A stretch of 64,000 nt of DNA from Alphaproteobacteria bacterium (GCA_015062445.1 SUUQ01000002.1:23051-87050), one strand, 5' to 3'; positions 18,130-27,717 are shown, counted from the first letter of the stretch. A program made the numbers and translations. The notes: generated by a model not told the origin, from the sequence alone.

Positions 18130-19370
18130 TTATTATCCCCATCAACAATTTGCGCTAAAAAAATTCCCCTCTCGGCGGGGTGGGGGTGCAGTGCTGGTCC
18201 CCAGCAACCACAATCCCTATTCATCGCCAATGACAAACATTACACATAAACCGGGAATACAGACAATCCCCACCCCCGTCATACCGGCGCAGGCCGGTAT
18301 CCATTGTGTTTTTCCCCACCCCCTCATGTCATCCCGTGGCTTGACCACGGGACCCAGGTGTATCCTTTTTTTCTTACCTTGACCACATAATTGGCAAGGT
18401 CTAAAACACCCCACCCCCTCATGTCATCCCGTGGCTGGACCACGGGACCCAGGTGTATACCTTTTTTTTCCCCCCCTCATGTCATCCCGTTTCTAGAACT
18501 GGCAATAATATACACATAATAATATTTTTGTTCAAATCTGATAAAACAATGATGCATTACCTGGGTTCCGTGGTCCAGCCACGGAATGACAAAACACTTA
18601 ACACATTTTATAAAACATAATTATCACCCAGAACTCCGTCATACCGGCATCGGACCACTCCCAGCCCCCGTCATACCGGCGCAGGCCGGTATCCATTGCA
18701 AGCCACCCAACCCCCACAAAAAAGAGTCGTGCAAAAAATTCCTCTCTCGGCGAGGTGGGGGTGCAGTGCTGGTCCCCAGCACCCACAATCCCTATTCATC
18801 GCCAATGACAAACATTACACATAAACCGGGAATACAAACAATCCCACCCCCGTCATACCGGCGCAGGCCGGTATCCATTGTGTTTTTTTCCCCCCCCTCA
18901 TGTCATCCCGTGGCTGGACCACGGGACCCAGGTGTATGCCTTTTTTTACTTCAACACCAAACAAAAAAAAACAACAAATGTAAAAACTCATGTCATCCCG
19001 TTTCTAGAACTGGCAATAATATACACATAATAATATTTTTGTTCAATCTCATAAAACAATGATGCATTACCTGGGTTCCGTGGTCAGGCCACGGAATGAC
19101 AAAACACTTAACACATTTTATAAAACATAATTATCACCCAGAAACCCGTCATACCGGCGCAGGCCGGTATCCATTGCAAGCCACCCAACCCCCACAAAAA
19201 AGAGCCGTTCAAAAAATTCCCCTCTCGGCGGGGGGGGGCAAAAAGCACCTTGCCATCCAACGCAAAAAAATCCATCAACTGGGGGGCTGGGCCAATATGC
19301 ATCGCCGGAAAAGTGGGAATACGCAATGCAATATCAAAACCCAGCCGCCCAGTTGATGGACCGGACCATG
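18130..19370. repeat. intergenic mosaic of nested palindromic MITE-like repeats (families A to D); contains no real genes
   Basis: Repeated modules: A cgtcataccggcgcaggccggtatccattg (18273, 18670, 18848, 19148); B ctcatgtcatcccgtggctggaccacgggacccaggtgtat (18330, 18413, 18895); C roughly 160-bp element (18477-18640, 18988-19145); D roughly 120-bp element (18155-18262, 18735-18838). Confidence 0.9.
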
Positions 19371-19374
19371 CGAT

Positions 19375-22248
19375 TTAGTCTATCGCATGGTATGTGGTGC
19401 CGTTGTATTTTACATTCAGTCCGCTGCCTGCACCAGCTGCCAGACTACCATAGCAAATCGTATCGTTCCACAGGACATTAATCGCCGGGGCTGTACGGGC
19501 AGATGTATACAGCGGTATCTGTAACCCTGTGCCAAGGTGGATGTGCGTAATGCCAGATTCGCAGAATTGGCCACACTGGTTATCTGATGTCAGATTATAC
19601 CCATCGTCACATTCCCACGGACACGTATTGGACGATGCGGTGCCGGTGTAATAACTGTTGTCGGGTTTGTTTGTGCATTCTTCACACCCCGGCGTATCGC
19701 TATAGGCATGAATATCAAAAGTTCCGATTTTGCACGTGTACGATTTAACCGGCTGATTACAATCTGTCGGTGTGCATGATGTATCGGTTGCAGACTTGTA
19801 ATCACGCCATTTGCACGTTCCCGGTGTACACGTGAGACAGGTATAAGATTCACTGTTTTCGGGTTGTGAACACGATAACTGGGAACCAGTGTTTGTTTTG
19901 GATTCATAGCAATATGCATCGCTGATACTGCCACCATCTGATGATGGGTATGCCGTTGGACATGCCGGGCATGTTGTGCCAGATACATAGTAATTTGCAC
20001 TGGCGGTAACGGTTTTTGGTTCTTTGATACAGGTTTCATTTGATGTGGTACCTGATGTGGTGCCGTTATAGTATTTTATGTACGTATCCCCTGTACATGA
20101 ACATGCGTTCCATTCCGTTACAGATGCACATCCCGATGGGACATCACCATTATTTTGTGTACAGCCACGTGTTATGTTTGTATAGCATGAATTAATGCTG
20201 GTGGCACCCGCAGAACTGTTTGGGTATCCACTGGGGCATGATGTACGATTATTATCCCCGGGGCAATAGTATCCAGCTTCGCATTTGGCACATAAATCAC
20301 CACTTTTATAATACCCGGCTGAACATGTTACAGTCCACGGACCATACGACCAATCACCACAACTGGACGTACCAGTGCATGCCGATGACGATGTCGAGCA
20401 TGCAGGACTGCTGCTGCGATAGCATGTACGTGATTTTGAACGTGTACGTGAACCGCCGGTTATTGTTTCTGTATCGGTACCACTGTCACCATATGACACA
20501 CCTGTACACGATGCACATGATGAACCAGATTGATAATACCCCGCATCACAGCACCATGGGCAATTGCTTTCCACTGCGTACATGCTTGATGGTGTTGAAT
20601 AACTGGTATAATATGAATTCGCGGGTTTATTTGTACAGGCAGTACATGAATTGTACCAATTATTATACCATATCGGGTCGGACGCATAGTATCCAGTACG
20701 ACACCATGAATAGTATGTAAAGTTATAGCCCGATGGTCCATTATAACATTGTGTTTCGTTCAAATATTGTACACGTGTAGAATCACTTAAATACCAATCA
20801 CAAATACAGTCAGACGAACTGGCACCATGGGTATAGTCGGACCAACTGCCACTGGATAAACTGTAGATACTGCTGGGGGTTGGGGAGCCGGATTTAACAG
20901 TTGTTGAACATGCGGCCCGATGTGTCCCGCCGGTACAGAAATATCCACTGCCACAGGCCGAGCATGACGATTGACCCGTTGATGTATTATAATACCCGGG
21001 GGGGCACCAATTTCGTCCCTGGACACCGCCATTATACGTCCATGTGCCACCGGGACAGTAATAGCCCGCCTCGCACAATGAACATGATGTTCCATTCAAA
21101 TAGTATCCAGCTGAACAGCTGTATGATTTTGGTTTTTTTGTTGCGGTTGTACATGTACATGAAGAACTGGCCACACTGCATCCGCCAAAGTTGGTACAGG
21201 AACCATAGCTGCCACAGGAACCCCAACTGCCACAGGACCCCCAACTGCCACAGGAACCCCAGCTGCCACAGGAACCGAAACTGCCACAGGCCCCCCAATT
21301 GCCACAGGAACCATTCGTCCATTCACTGTATGATGTAGCAGTTGACGAGCACCCCGAACACGTGTCACCAGCCGAATAACAACCATCTGTATAAGAACCT
21401 TTACAGTCTACGTATTTTGTACGACTGCGAGAGTATGTTCCATATTGTGTGCCATACTTGGTACCATAACGTGTTCCATAACGGGTGCCATATTGTGTAC
21501 CGTATTTTGTACCATATTTGGTACCAGAACATGTAGTGGCATTATACGTACAATCATATCCTGTTGGGCACGGTTCATATACACCGCAACTGACACTGCA
21601 CGATTCGCTGCAACTGGTGCTGCATCCCTGGCTGCAGGTCTCAGAGCAAGTCTCTGAACACGACGCACTGCATCCCTGGCTGCACGACAGACCGCTTTCG
21701 GTTTCTGTTGTTGTACTTAAACGCGATGAATTGCTGCGGGTGTTACAGTGTGTTGTACATGTTGGAGAATATGAACAACTGTCGGGGTAATATGCCTGGA
21801 TGGCATCGGGGGTATACGTATATCCGCCCGATTGGTATGATGAACAACTTTTATAACATGTACTGTAATCGGTGCCTGAACAAGAACCATCATATCCAAC
21901 CGATTCGCCGCAATCACATAAGTCCACCAGCCCCCCTTCGCAACATCCTGTTTTCGTATTACATGTTTTACCAAGTATACAATCAATATCAGATGTGCAT
22001 CCAATACAGTCTAATCCTACAGTGTCGCGTTGGCATGTGCGGCTTGTCCGGTCACAATATTCATCAGATTCACATTGGCTGTCGCGCAGACAGGATGCGC
22101 CAATCAATGCGGATGCCGGTGTTGATATTATTGCCGGCACCAAGAACGAAAACGCAACCAGAACCACCTGCAGTGTCGTAAACAAACGGTGGTTTAAAAA
22201 CAACATAACGGAGAGACAAAATGTTGCGGAAAAGTGGGAAAAATTCAA
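19375..22248 (-). CDS. giant (957 aa) secreted, extremely Cys/Ser/Thr/Gly/Tyr-rich repeat protein with eukaryote-like (ephrin-receptor/GCC2_GCC3/TNFR-like) C-x2-C...GYYC modules; the start may be the internal Met at 22206
   Basis: Signal peptide ...VVLVAFSFLVPAIISTPASA; modules such as CSAGYYLNGTSCSLCEAGYYCPGG and CTNKPANSYYT..CPWCCDAGYY; low-complexity runs (YGTK)x8, (GSCGSW)x6 and SCSETCSETCSQGCS encoded by 12-bp and 18-bp DNA tandem repeats. Confidence 0.75.
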   Translation of the reverse strand: MNFSHFSATFCLSVMLFLNHRLFTTLQVVLVAFSFLVPAIISTPASALIGASCLRDSQCESDEYCDRTSRTCQRDTVGLDCIGCTSDIDCILGKTCNTKTGCCEGGLVDLCDCGESVGYDGSCSGTDYSTCYKSCSSYQSGGYTYTPDAIQAYYPDSCSYSPTCTTHCNTRSNSSRLSTTTETESGLSCSQGCSASCSETCSETCSQGCSTSCSESCSVSCGVYEPCPTGYDCTYNATTCSGTKYGTKYGTQYGTRYGTRYGTKYGTQYGTYSRSRTKYVDCKGSYTDGCYSAGDTCSGCSSTATSYSEWTNGSCGNWGACGSFGSCGSWGSCGSWGSCGSWGSCGSYGSCTNFGGCSVASSSCTCTTATKKPKSYSCSAGYYLNGTSCSLCEAGYYCPGGTWTYNGGVQGRNWCPPGYYNTSTGQSSCSACGSGYFCTGGTHRAACSTTVKSGSPTPSSIYSLSSGSWSDYTHGASSSDCICDWYLSDSTRVQYLNETQCYNGPSGYNFTYYSWCRTGYYASDPIWYNNWYNSCTACTNKPANSYYTSYSTPSSMYAVESNCPWCCDAGYYQSGSSCASCTGVSYGDSGTDTETITGGSRTRSKSRTCYRSSSPACSTSSSACTGTSSCGDWSYGPWTVTCSAGYYKSGDLCAKCEAGYYCPGDNNRTSCPSGYPNSSAGATSINSCYTNITRGCTQNNGDVPSGCASVTEWNACSCTGDTYIKYYNGTTSGTTSNETCIKEPKTVTASANYYVSGTTCPACPTAYPSSDGGSISDAYCYESKTNTGSQLSCSQPENSESYTCLTCTPGTCKWRDYKSATDTSCTPTDCNQPVKSYTCKIGTFDIHAYSDTPGCEECTNKPDNSYYTGTASSNTCPWECDDGYNLTSDNQCGQFCESGITHIHLGTGLQIPLYTSARTAPAINVLWNDTICYGSLAAGAGSGLNVKYNGTTYHAID

Positions 22249-22391
22249 TTCAAAATATGCCGAAAAAAAACCACCGTTTAGATTCGGCAGTCGTTTTTCC
22301 TTTCTATGCCATACATACTAGTACTTTCCGCGTATTTTATGCAAGTGTTTTTTATTTGATATTCCCCACCACAGGCCAGGGCACACAACAC

Positions 22392-22416
22392 AAAAAAAAC
22401 GTGCCCATTGGACACG
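22392..22416 (-). terminator. rho-independent terminator downstream of rnpB
   Basis: On the minus strand: hairpin cgtgtcc-aat-gggcacg followed by T8. Confidence 0.6.
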
Positions 22417-22417
22417 T

Positions 22418-22755
22418 ATCACGTCAGACAAACGTATAAGCCGGATTCTGTTCTGCCCAGAATCCGTGTTATAAACACCGAATCGGGGCAGTGGACATGA
22501 TTAATCTGCATATCACATTACTGTTATATGTCATGCCTTCTACCCGCCCCCGCCTGGGACATGCATTGGGGGCCTATTTGAAGTTGCTGCACGCAGAGAT
22601 TGCCCGTTTCACTCGAACTTAATCGTTTCGTCACTGTTGCTCTAATCGTCGGGTCACCCCGCCTGGTATATTAGCCAGTGCGTCGTCCCATGCAGTCCGG
22701 ACTTTCCTCTAACTACCATCGGTAATCAGCCATGTCCAGTTCATCTGACCTGGAC
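22418..22755 (-). ncRNA. rnpB: RNase P RNA (bacterial type A); ends approximate
   Basis: Minus strand contains the universally conserved P4/CR-I stretch AGAGGAAAGTCCGGACTGC and CR-V ACAGAATCCGGCTTATA, plus AGAGCAACAGTGA (P10/11-like); a P1 helix (GTCAGATGAAC / GTTTGTCTGAC) links the two ends; GC-rich relative to its surroundings. Confidence 0.82.
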
Positions 22756-22782
22756 AAATATTATCACCTTTTACAGTTTTTT

Positions 22783-22810
22783 CAATAAAAAACCGCCCCA
22801 AAACGGGGCA
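22783..22810 (-). terminator. terminator of the 22815-23903 gene
   Basis: Hairpin gcccc-aaaac-ggggc followed by a T-run on the minus strand. Confidence 0.55.
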
Positions 22811-22814
22811 ATCT

Positions 22815-23903
22815 TTATCTGTTTTTGCCATAAAAATGATTTATCCTGTGCAAGAACGCATAAAACATACCATATGTGTTAACCATCGCACAATCTTTCC
22901 ACAGCGGGTTATCCATATACCACAACCCAATCAACTTGCCATGTGTATACGGCGATATTTTGCCATAATTTTCTGTTTCCCAACGTGCATTACCGGCATG
23001 CAACAACAGATAATCACTGAAGGTTCCTGGATTTTTGTACGTTCCCAAACACCAGTTTGCCGAATAAACAGGCATCTTGTCACCATACTGAGATTTCAAA
23101 AACCGGGGCAGGGCATCATGGCGTACCACCTCGCCAACACCAGACACTGAAAATCCCCCCATTAAATTCGCAAAATAATCTATTTTTTTAAAATCACCAT
23201 GCGAATAAACATCACATGTCACTTCTTGTGGCATCATACAGGGACCTGTCGTAAAGTTTATCGCAGTCAGCGACCGTGCACCCGACATCACATTGTCCAG
23301 AATATGCCGGGTCATTAAGCTTTCCCGGGCAGGTTGCACACCACCAAAGAACAATCCATTTTTATGCGCATGCTGTCCCCGGAATAAATTCTCTCTCTTT
23401 GCCATCAATTGCCGACTATTTTTCTTTATCGCCGCCAACTTTTTTTGCGGTTCAGGTTTCGACACCAGCAGATTATGCGCACGATTATATATTGGATTTT
23501 TTGGAATTTTTTTCTTTTTTGAAAAATCTACACCGATATTGCGATTTATATCAATCAATGCCCCCGACTGTTTATCCAGTGTTTCTGGCATCTTGTTTTG
23601 CATACCCCATCCATTAACGACATGAACCAAAACAAAAGTAAACCGCCTTGAAATTTCTGGTTTGAAATATGGTGCCCACTCTTTCAAAAATAAATTTTGT
23701 GCAGCACTGCCATAAAACCCCTGAATACCATTAACCCCAGAAATCATCAGAACCACATTTGGCCCATTTCCAACAATCGAATACGGAATATCAAATTTGT
23801 GCTGACTGTCCACACACCACAGCAACTCGCCAACATTACTGGCATTTTTGTAAAATTTTTCTGTTGCCTGTCCCCAGTTTTCTGAAAAGAAATTTTGAAT
23901 CAT
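22815..23903 (-). CDS. hypothetical protein (362 aa), possibly a degenerate M14/DUF2817-like carboxypeptidase-fold protein
   Basis: Long ORF; the segment LMISGVNGIQGFYGSAAQ resembles the SGxHGxE zinc-binding region of M14-like proteins but with H->N and E->Q; tentative. Confidence 0.55.
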   Translation of the reverse strand: MIQNFFSENWGQATEKFYKNASNVGELLWCVDSQHKFDIPYSIVGNGPNVVLMISGVNGIQGFYGSAAQNLFLKEWAPYFKPEISRRFTFVLVHVVNGWGMQNKMPETLDKQSGALIDINRNIGVDFSKKKKIPKNPIYNRAHNLLVSKPEPQKKLAAIKKNSRQLMAKRENLFRGQHAHKNGLFFGGVQPARESLMTRHILDNVMSGARSLTAINFTTGPCMMPQEVTCDVYSHGDFKKIDYFANLMGGFSVSGVGEVVRHDALPRFLKSQYGDKMPVYSANWCLGTYKNPGTFSDYLLLHAGNARWETENYGKISPYTHGKLIGLWYMDNPLWKDCAMVNTYGMFYAFLHRINHFYGKNR

Positions 23904-23928
23904 CGCATGAACCTTGTGTTGGCTCTCT

Positions 23929-24765
23929 CTACATAACTTTGCCCTGTGTCGGATAGAAAGTCAATTGAATTTTCTGCCATTTTTCAAATTCATTTTCTGG
24001 CAACATACGGAATGGCTGACACGTATTTATCGCCGACCGAATTGTTTCCAACACATACGCAAATGCCGGATCATCATCCGCACGGGCCGCCGATTCGAAC
24101 CAAACATCACGCACAGTTCCATTTTTTCGCATTGTCAGATGTGCCACCGCACGAATATCTGCGATATCAGGCCGTTTAGTATCAATAACCCAGCATCGTG
24201 TCATTGCCACACGCAGCGCATCAACAACCGATATTGTCAACGTACGTTCCAGGGATAAAACCTCGCGATTTACACGAACGACTTTCTTTTTCTTTGGGGC
24301 CGGCATGGTCTCGACCGGTTTTGATTCTGGCTCTTCCTGTTTTGGCTCTGTTTTTTGTTCTGGCTGTTTTTCTGGCTCTGTCTTTTCTTCTTCCTGTGGT
24401 GTCTCGACAGGTTCTGGCTTTGGTTCTTCGACCAGTGTCGGCTGTTCAATCTCAACCGGTTCAGATTCCTCTTCGATTGGCTGTTCATCCTGTTGTTCTG
24501 GTTCCGGCTCTGCCACTGGGGCAGGTGTTTCTTCTTCTGGCTTGGATTCTGCGACCTGACCGACGTTGTACAGTTTGGTTTCATCGCCACTGACCACAAC
24601 ATCATTCAAATCGATTTCCATGATTTCGATTCTGTCTGGTGCGACCATCATTGCACGGTTCATAACAACAACAAAAGACGTCACCATAATCGCCAGTAAT
24701 GCCAAGTGTCCACCAACTGACATCAACAGATTTTCCCACGAAAATTGCCGCCACCATTTATTCAT
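23929..24765 (-). CDS. tolA: Tol-Pal system protein TolA (TonB-like), with a Pro/Glu-rich spacer
   Basis: N-terminal transmembrane anchor, PE/EP-rich repeats (EPEPEQQDEQPIEEESEPVE...), folded C-terminal domain; directly downstream of tolQ-tolR. Confidence 0.8.
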   Translation of the reverse strand: MNKWWRQFSWENLLMSVGGHLALLAIMVTSFVVVMNRAMMVAPDRIEIMEIDLNDVVVSGDETKLYNVGQVAESKPEEETPAPVAEPEPEQQDEQPIEEESEPVEIEQPTLVEEPKPEPVETPQEEEKTEPEKQPEQKTEPKQEEPESKPVETMPAPKKKKVVRVNREVLSLERTLTISVVDALRVAMTRCWVIDTKRPDIADIRAVAHLTMRKNGTVRDVWFESAARADDDPAFAYVLETIRSAINTCQPFRMLPENEFEKWQKIQLTFYPTQGKVM

Positions 24766-24771
24766 TTTGCA

Positions 24772-25170
24772 TTACTCCGGCTGTGTTCTCAGTCCAACCT
24801 TCTGGAATCCAGTGTCTTTCAGTTTACCCATAATGGCCATGACTGCACCATAATCTGCATGTGTATCGCCACTTATCATGATGGTCAATTGTGGATTTTC
24901 TTCACGCATTGCGATTGCTTTTTTTACAATTTCATCACGTGTCAGTTCCATTTCGCTCAGAAAATATCTGCCATTTGAATCGACACTGATTTGAATTGCA
25001 TGATCACTGCCGGTCATTGCAGATGCCCCCGCCCGTGGCAGTTCTAAATCAATTCCAGTTGTCATCATTGGTGTTGTCACCATAAAGACCGCCAACAAAA
25101 CGGTCATAACATCAATCATTGGGGTTAATTGAATTCCCGCATCTGATTGTCTGCGTCTTATACGTGCCAT
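24772..25170 (-). CDS. tolR: biopolymer transport protein TolR/ExbD
   Basis: 132 aa; LTPMIDVMTVLLAVFMV transmembrane/motif typical of ExbD/TolR. Confidence 0.88.
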   Translation of the reverse strand: MARIRRRQSDAGIQLTPMIDVMTVLLAVFMVTTPMMTTGIDLELPRAGASAMTGSDHAIQISVDSNGRYFLSEMELTRDEIVKKAIAMREENPQLTIMISGDTHADYGAVMAIMGKLKDTGFQKVGLRTQPE

Positions 25171-25182
25171 ATCAGAAAATCC

Positions 25183-25674
25183 TTATTTTTTTGATTGCAT
25201 TTCACGACGTACATCGTCCAGTCTGTCATACAGTTCATCTGCACGTTTTGCAAAATATTGATGCGCAATCGCCGCTGGCACTGCCGCAATCAGCCCCAAC
25301 GCAGTCGTCCCCAACGCAACTGCCAACCCGGGGGCAATAACGCCAATACTGACCGACTGATTAATCCCGATTGACGCAAACGAATCCATAACCCCCCACA
25401 CAGTTCCGAACAACCCAATAAAAGGCGAAATATATGCCACCATTGCCAAGAACCACAAATTTTTATCAAACGGCCGCACCAGTCTGTCAACAATAACCGA
25501 CAAATTATCATTTTGCTTGATTTTAACAGGATTTTTCTTATTCATATGCCACAGGCGAAATTTTTCAATAATAACCGCCCACGACAGCACACTGAAAACA
25601 ACCAACACAATTGACACAGCCAGTGTCATAACATCACCTGTAAACAGGTTTAACATAGAAAAACTTTTTTCCAT
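25183..25674 (-). CDS. tolQ: Tol-Pal system protein TolQ (MotA/TolQ/ExbB proton channel)
   Basis: 163 aa with three transmembrane segments; the conserved ...IAPGLAVALGTTALGLIAAVPAAIA... region. Confidence 0.88.
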   Translation of the reverse strand: MEKSFSMLNLFTGDVMTLAVSIVLVVFSVLSWAVIIEKFRLWHMNKKNPVKIKQNDNLSVIVDRLVRPFDKNLWFLAMVAYISPFIGLFGTVWGVMDSFASIGINQSVSIGVIAPGLAVALGTTALGLIAAVPAAIAHQYFAKRADELYDRLDDVRREMQSKK

Positions 25675-25703
25675 TATTCCTTTCCTTTTTCTGTTTTTTT
25701 ATT

Positions 25704-26078
25704 TTATACCAAACCCGCAATAAACTGTTCTGGGATTCGTTTTGGGCGCATATCCGCCCCCAAATACGCAACTTTAAGATTTATTATAGCACATTCTTTC
25801 CCATCTTTCACGAACTTTTGTTCAATTTTTACAACTGCAGCCCCCACGTCCAGCATTTTTGTTTCAACGACAAACTCATCCGCCGCCCGCAGTGGTTGAA
25901 TATACTTGATATTTAGTTCCCGAATAACAAATCCAATATCATCACCGACAACCACATGCCCACGCAACCAATTCATACGTGCTCGTTCTGCAATTTCCAA
26001 ATACCGTGCATGATACACAATACCTTCGGCATCTGTATCGGCATATGCAATCGTAAACGGGAAAACATGAGTCTTCAT
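25704..26078 (-). CDS. ybgC: Tol-Pal-associated acyl-CoA thioesterase YbgC (hotdog fold)
   Basis: 124 aa; motif YADTDAEGIVYHARYLEIAERAR of 4HBT thioesterases; position upstream of tolQRA. Confidence 0.85.
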   Translation of the reverse strand: MKTHVFPFTIAYADTDAEGIVYHARYLEIAERARMNWLRGHVVVGDDIGFVIRELNIKYIQPLRAADEFVVETKMLDVGAAVVKIEQKFVKDGKECAIINLKVAYLGADMRPKRIPEQFIAGLV

Positions 26079-26683
26079 TTTTCAAAGTCCTTTGCATCAA
26101 TATTCAATTCATTCTTCAGTCTTTCTGAAACCCGACATTTAACCTCGTCAAAAACATCACGCATAACAGGTTCAAAATCGAAAAAAGTTGCAAAATCTGG
26201 ATTAAAAAACATTTTCCAGTAAAAGTTATCTGCAAAACTGCCAATATACAACAAATCCTGGGTACACAAATGCTGAATCGCCGTATCCAAAACATCCAGT
26301 GCCTTGACCAGTTTTGATTCTGCACTGTCACGTGCATCATATTCATCAAAACATTCCTGAAATTCATCGCTGTCCAACAGTTCAACAATTTGTTTTATCG
26401 CCGCAGATTCATCAGCATGTTTTTTTGCACGAACCGCATCTGTCTGCTCATGCAGTGGCACATCATGTGCAATTGCCTCGGGCAAGTCATGCAACATGCA
26501 TAACTGATAGACACGCTCCATATTAACCTGTGTTTTCAGATAAGGTCGCAAAACCATCGCCATCATTGCCATATTCCACGAATGCGATGCGACCGCCTGT
26601 GGTCTGCCATCACTCATCCGTGTCAAACGATATTCGCACTGTAATTTTTCTGCAATTTGAAAAAAATCAACGATATTTTTCAT
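26075..26683 (-). CDS. HD-domain phosphohydrolase (YfbR-like 5'-deoxynucleotidase family)
   Basis: H...HD motif (SHSWNMAMMAM ... MLHDLPEAIAHD) and a downstream conserved D. Confidence 0.7.
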   Translation of the reverse strand: MKNIVDFFQIAEKLQCEYRLTRMSDGRPQAVASHSWNMAMMAMVLRPYLKTQVNMERVYQLCMLHDLPEAIAHDVPLHEQTDAVRAKKHADESAAIKQIVELLDSDEFQECFDEYDARDSAESKLVKALDVLDTAIQHLCTQDLLYIGSFADNFYWKMFFNPDFATFFDFEPVMRDVFDEVKCRVSERLKNELNIDAKDFEK

Positions 26684-26688
26684 AGCGA

Positions 26689-27717
26689 CTATTTTTCCAA
26701 CCCTAAATGCCGATACCCTGCATCTGTAATAACACGACCACGTGGGGTACGCTGAACAAATCCCAACTGCATCAAATACGGTTCAATAACGTCTTCAATT
26801 GTATCCGACGGTTCTGACAGTGCCGCCGCCAAGTTTTCAATTCCAACTGGCCCCCCCGCATAAAAATTAATAATTGTATTCATATATTCACGATCAATTT
26901 CATCCAAACCACATTCATCAATATGCAGCTGGAACAGGGTAGTTTTAATTGTATCTGCGGCAATATGTTTTCGGTTTAACGCAGACGCAAAGTCCCGTGC
27001 ACGTTTCAACAACCGATTTGCAATTCTTGGTGTTCCTCGTGCAGATTTTGCCAACATTAATGCACCATCTGCATCAATTGGCATCCCCAAGATATTCGCA
27101 CTGCGCATAATAATTTTTGCCAAATCATCTGGCGCATAGAATGTCAATCGCAGATCAATACCAAATCTGTCCCGCAACGGATTGGACAGCAATCCTGTTC
27201 GTGTCGTTGCCCCAACCAACGTAAACGGGGGCAGGTCGATACGCACACTTTTTGCACTGGGCCCTTCGCCCAGCATGATATCCAACTTAAAGTCTTCCAT
27301 TGCGGAATACAACACTTCTTCAATTGCCGTTGGCAGACGATGAATCTCGTCAATAAACAAGACATCCATCGGTTCCAATGCCGTCAATATTGCCGCCAAA
27401 TCCCCCTGTTTGGTCAGCATTGGTGCAGACGTTGCCCTGAAATTTGTCCCCAGTTCATTTGCCACAATATGCGCCAACGTAGTTTTTCCTAACCCCGGCG
27501 GCCCATACAACAGCACATGATCCATTGCTTCGCCACGATTTCGTGCCCCAGATATAAACACAGACAAATTCTGTTTCAAACTGTCATGTCCGATAAAATC
27601 CCCCAGCGAACGTGGCCGAATTGTTGCGGCCATATCATCTGGTATATTTGCATCCAAGAAACGTTCTTTATTTTGCATATTATAACAACTTGTCTTCTTC
27701 GTTTTCACGTCCCACAT
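26689..27717 (-). CDS. ruvB: Holliday junction branch-migration ATPase RuvB (the likely start is the internal Met near 27678)
   Basis: Walker [23 protein letters not shown], Walker [11 protein letters not shown], sensor and C-terminal winged-helix regions. Confidence 0.95.
   Translation of the reverse strand: MWDVKTKKTSCYNMQNKERFLDANIPDDMAATIRPRSLGDFIGHDSLKQNLSVFISGARNRGEAMDHVLLYGPPGLGKTTLAHIVANELGTNFRATSAPMLTKQGDLAAILTALEPMDVLFIDEIHRLPTAIEEVLYSAMEDFKLDIMLGEGPSAKSVRIDLPPFTLVGATTRTGLLSNPLRDRFGIDLRLTFYAPDDLAKIIMRSANILGMPIDADGALMLAKSARGTPRIANRLLKRARDFASALNRKHIAADTIKTTLFQLHIDECGLDEIDREYMNTIINFYAGGPVGIENLAAALSEPSDTIEDVIEPYLMQLGFVQRTPRGRVITDAGYRHLGLEK

Noticed and set aside
18586-19356. ORFs 18586-19062 (158 aa) and 19096-19356 (86 aa), both starting MTKHLTHFIKHNYHPE...; likewise 53984-54325
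   Set aside because: They lie entirely inside repeat families C and A. The shared N-terminus comes from the repeated DNA; the composition is Pro/His-rich with no coding periodicity. They are repeat-generated artefacts, not genes.
19590-22181. Plus-strand ORFs (up to 166 aa) within the giant Cys-rich gene
   Set aside because: Their His/Asn/Met-rich nonsense translations are by-products of the repetitive minus-strand coding sequence. The 957-aa minus-strand frame is the only long consistent ORF.
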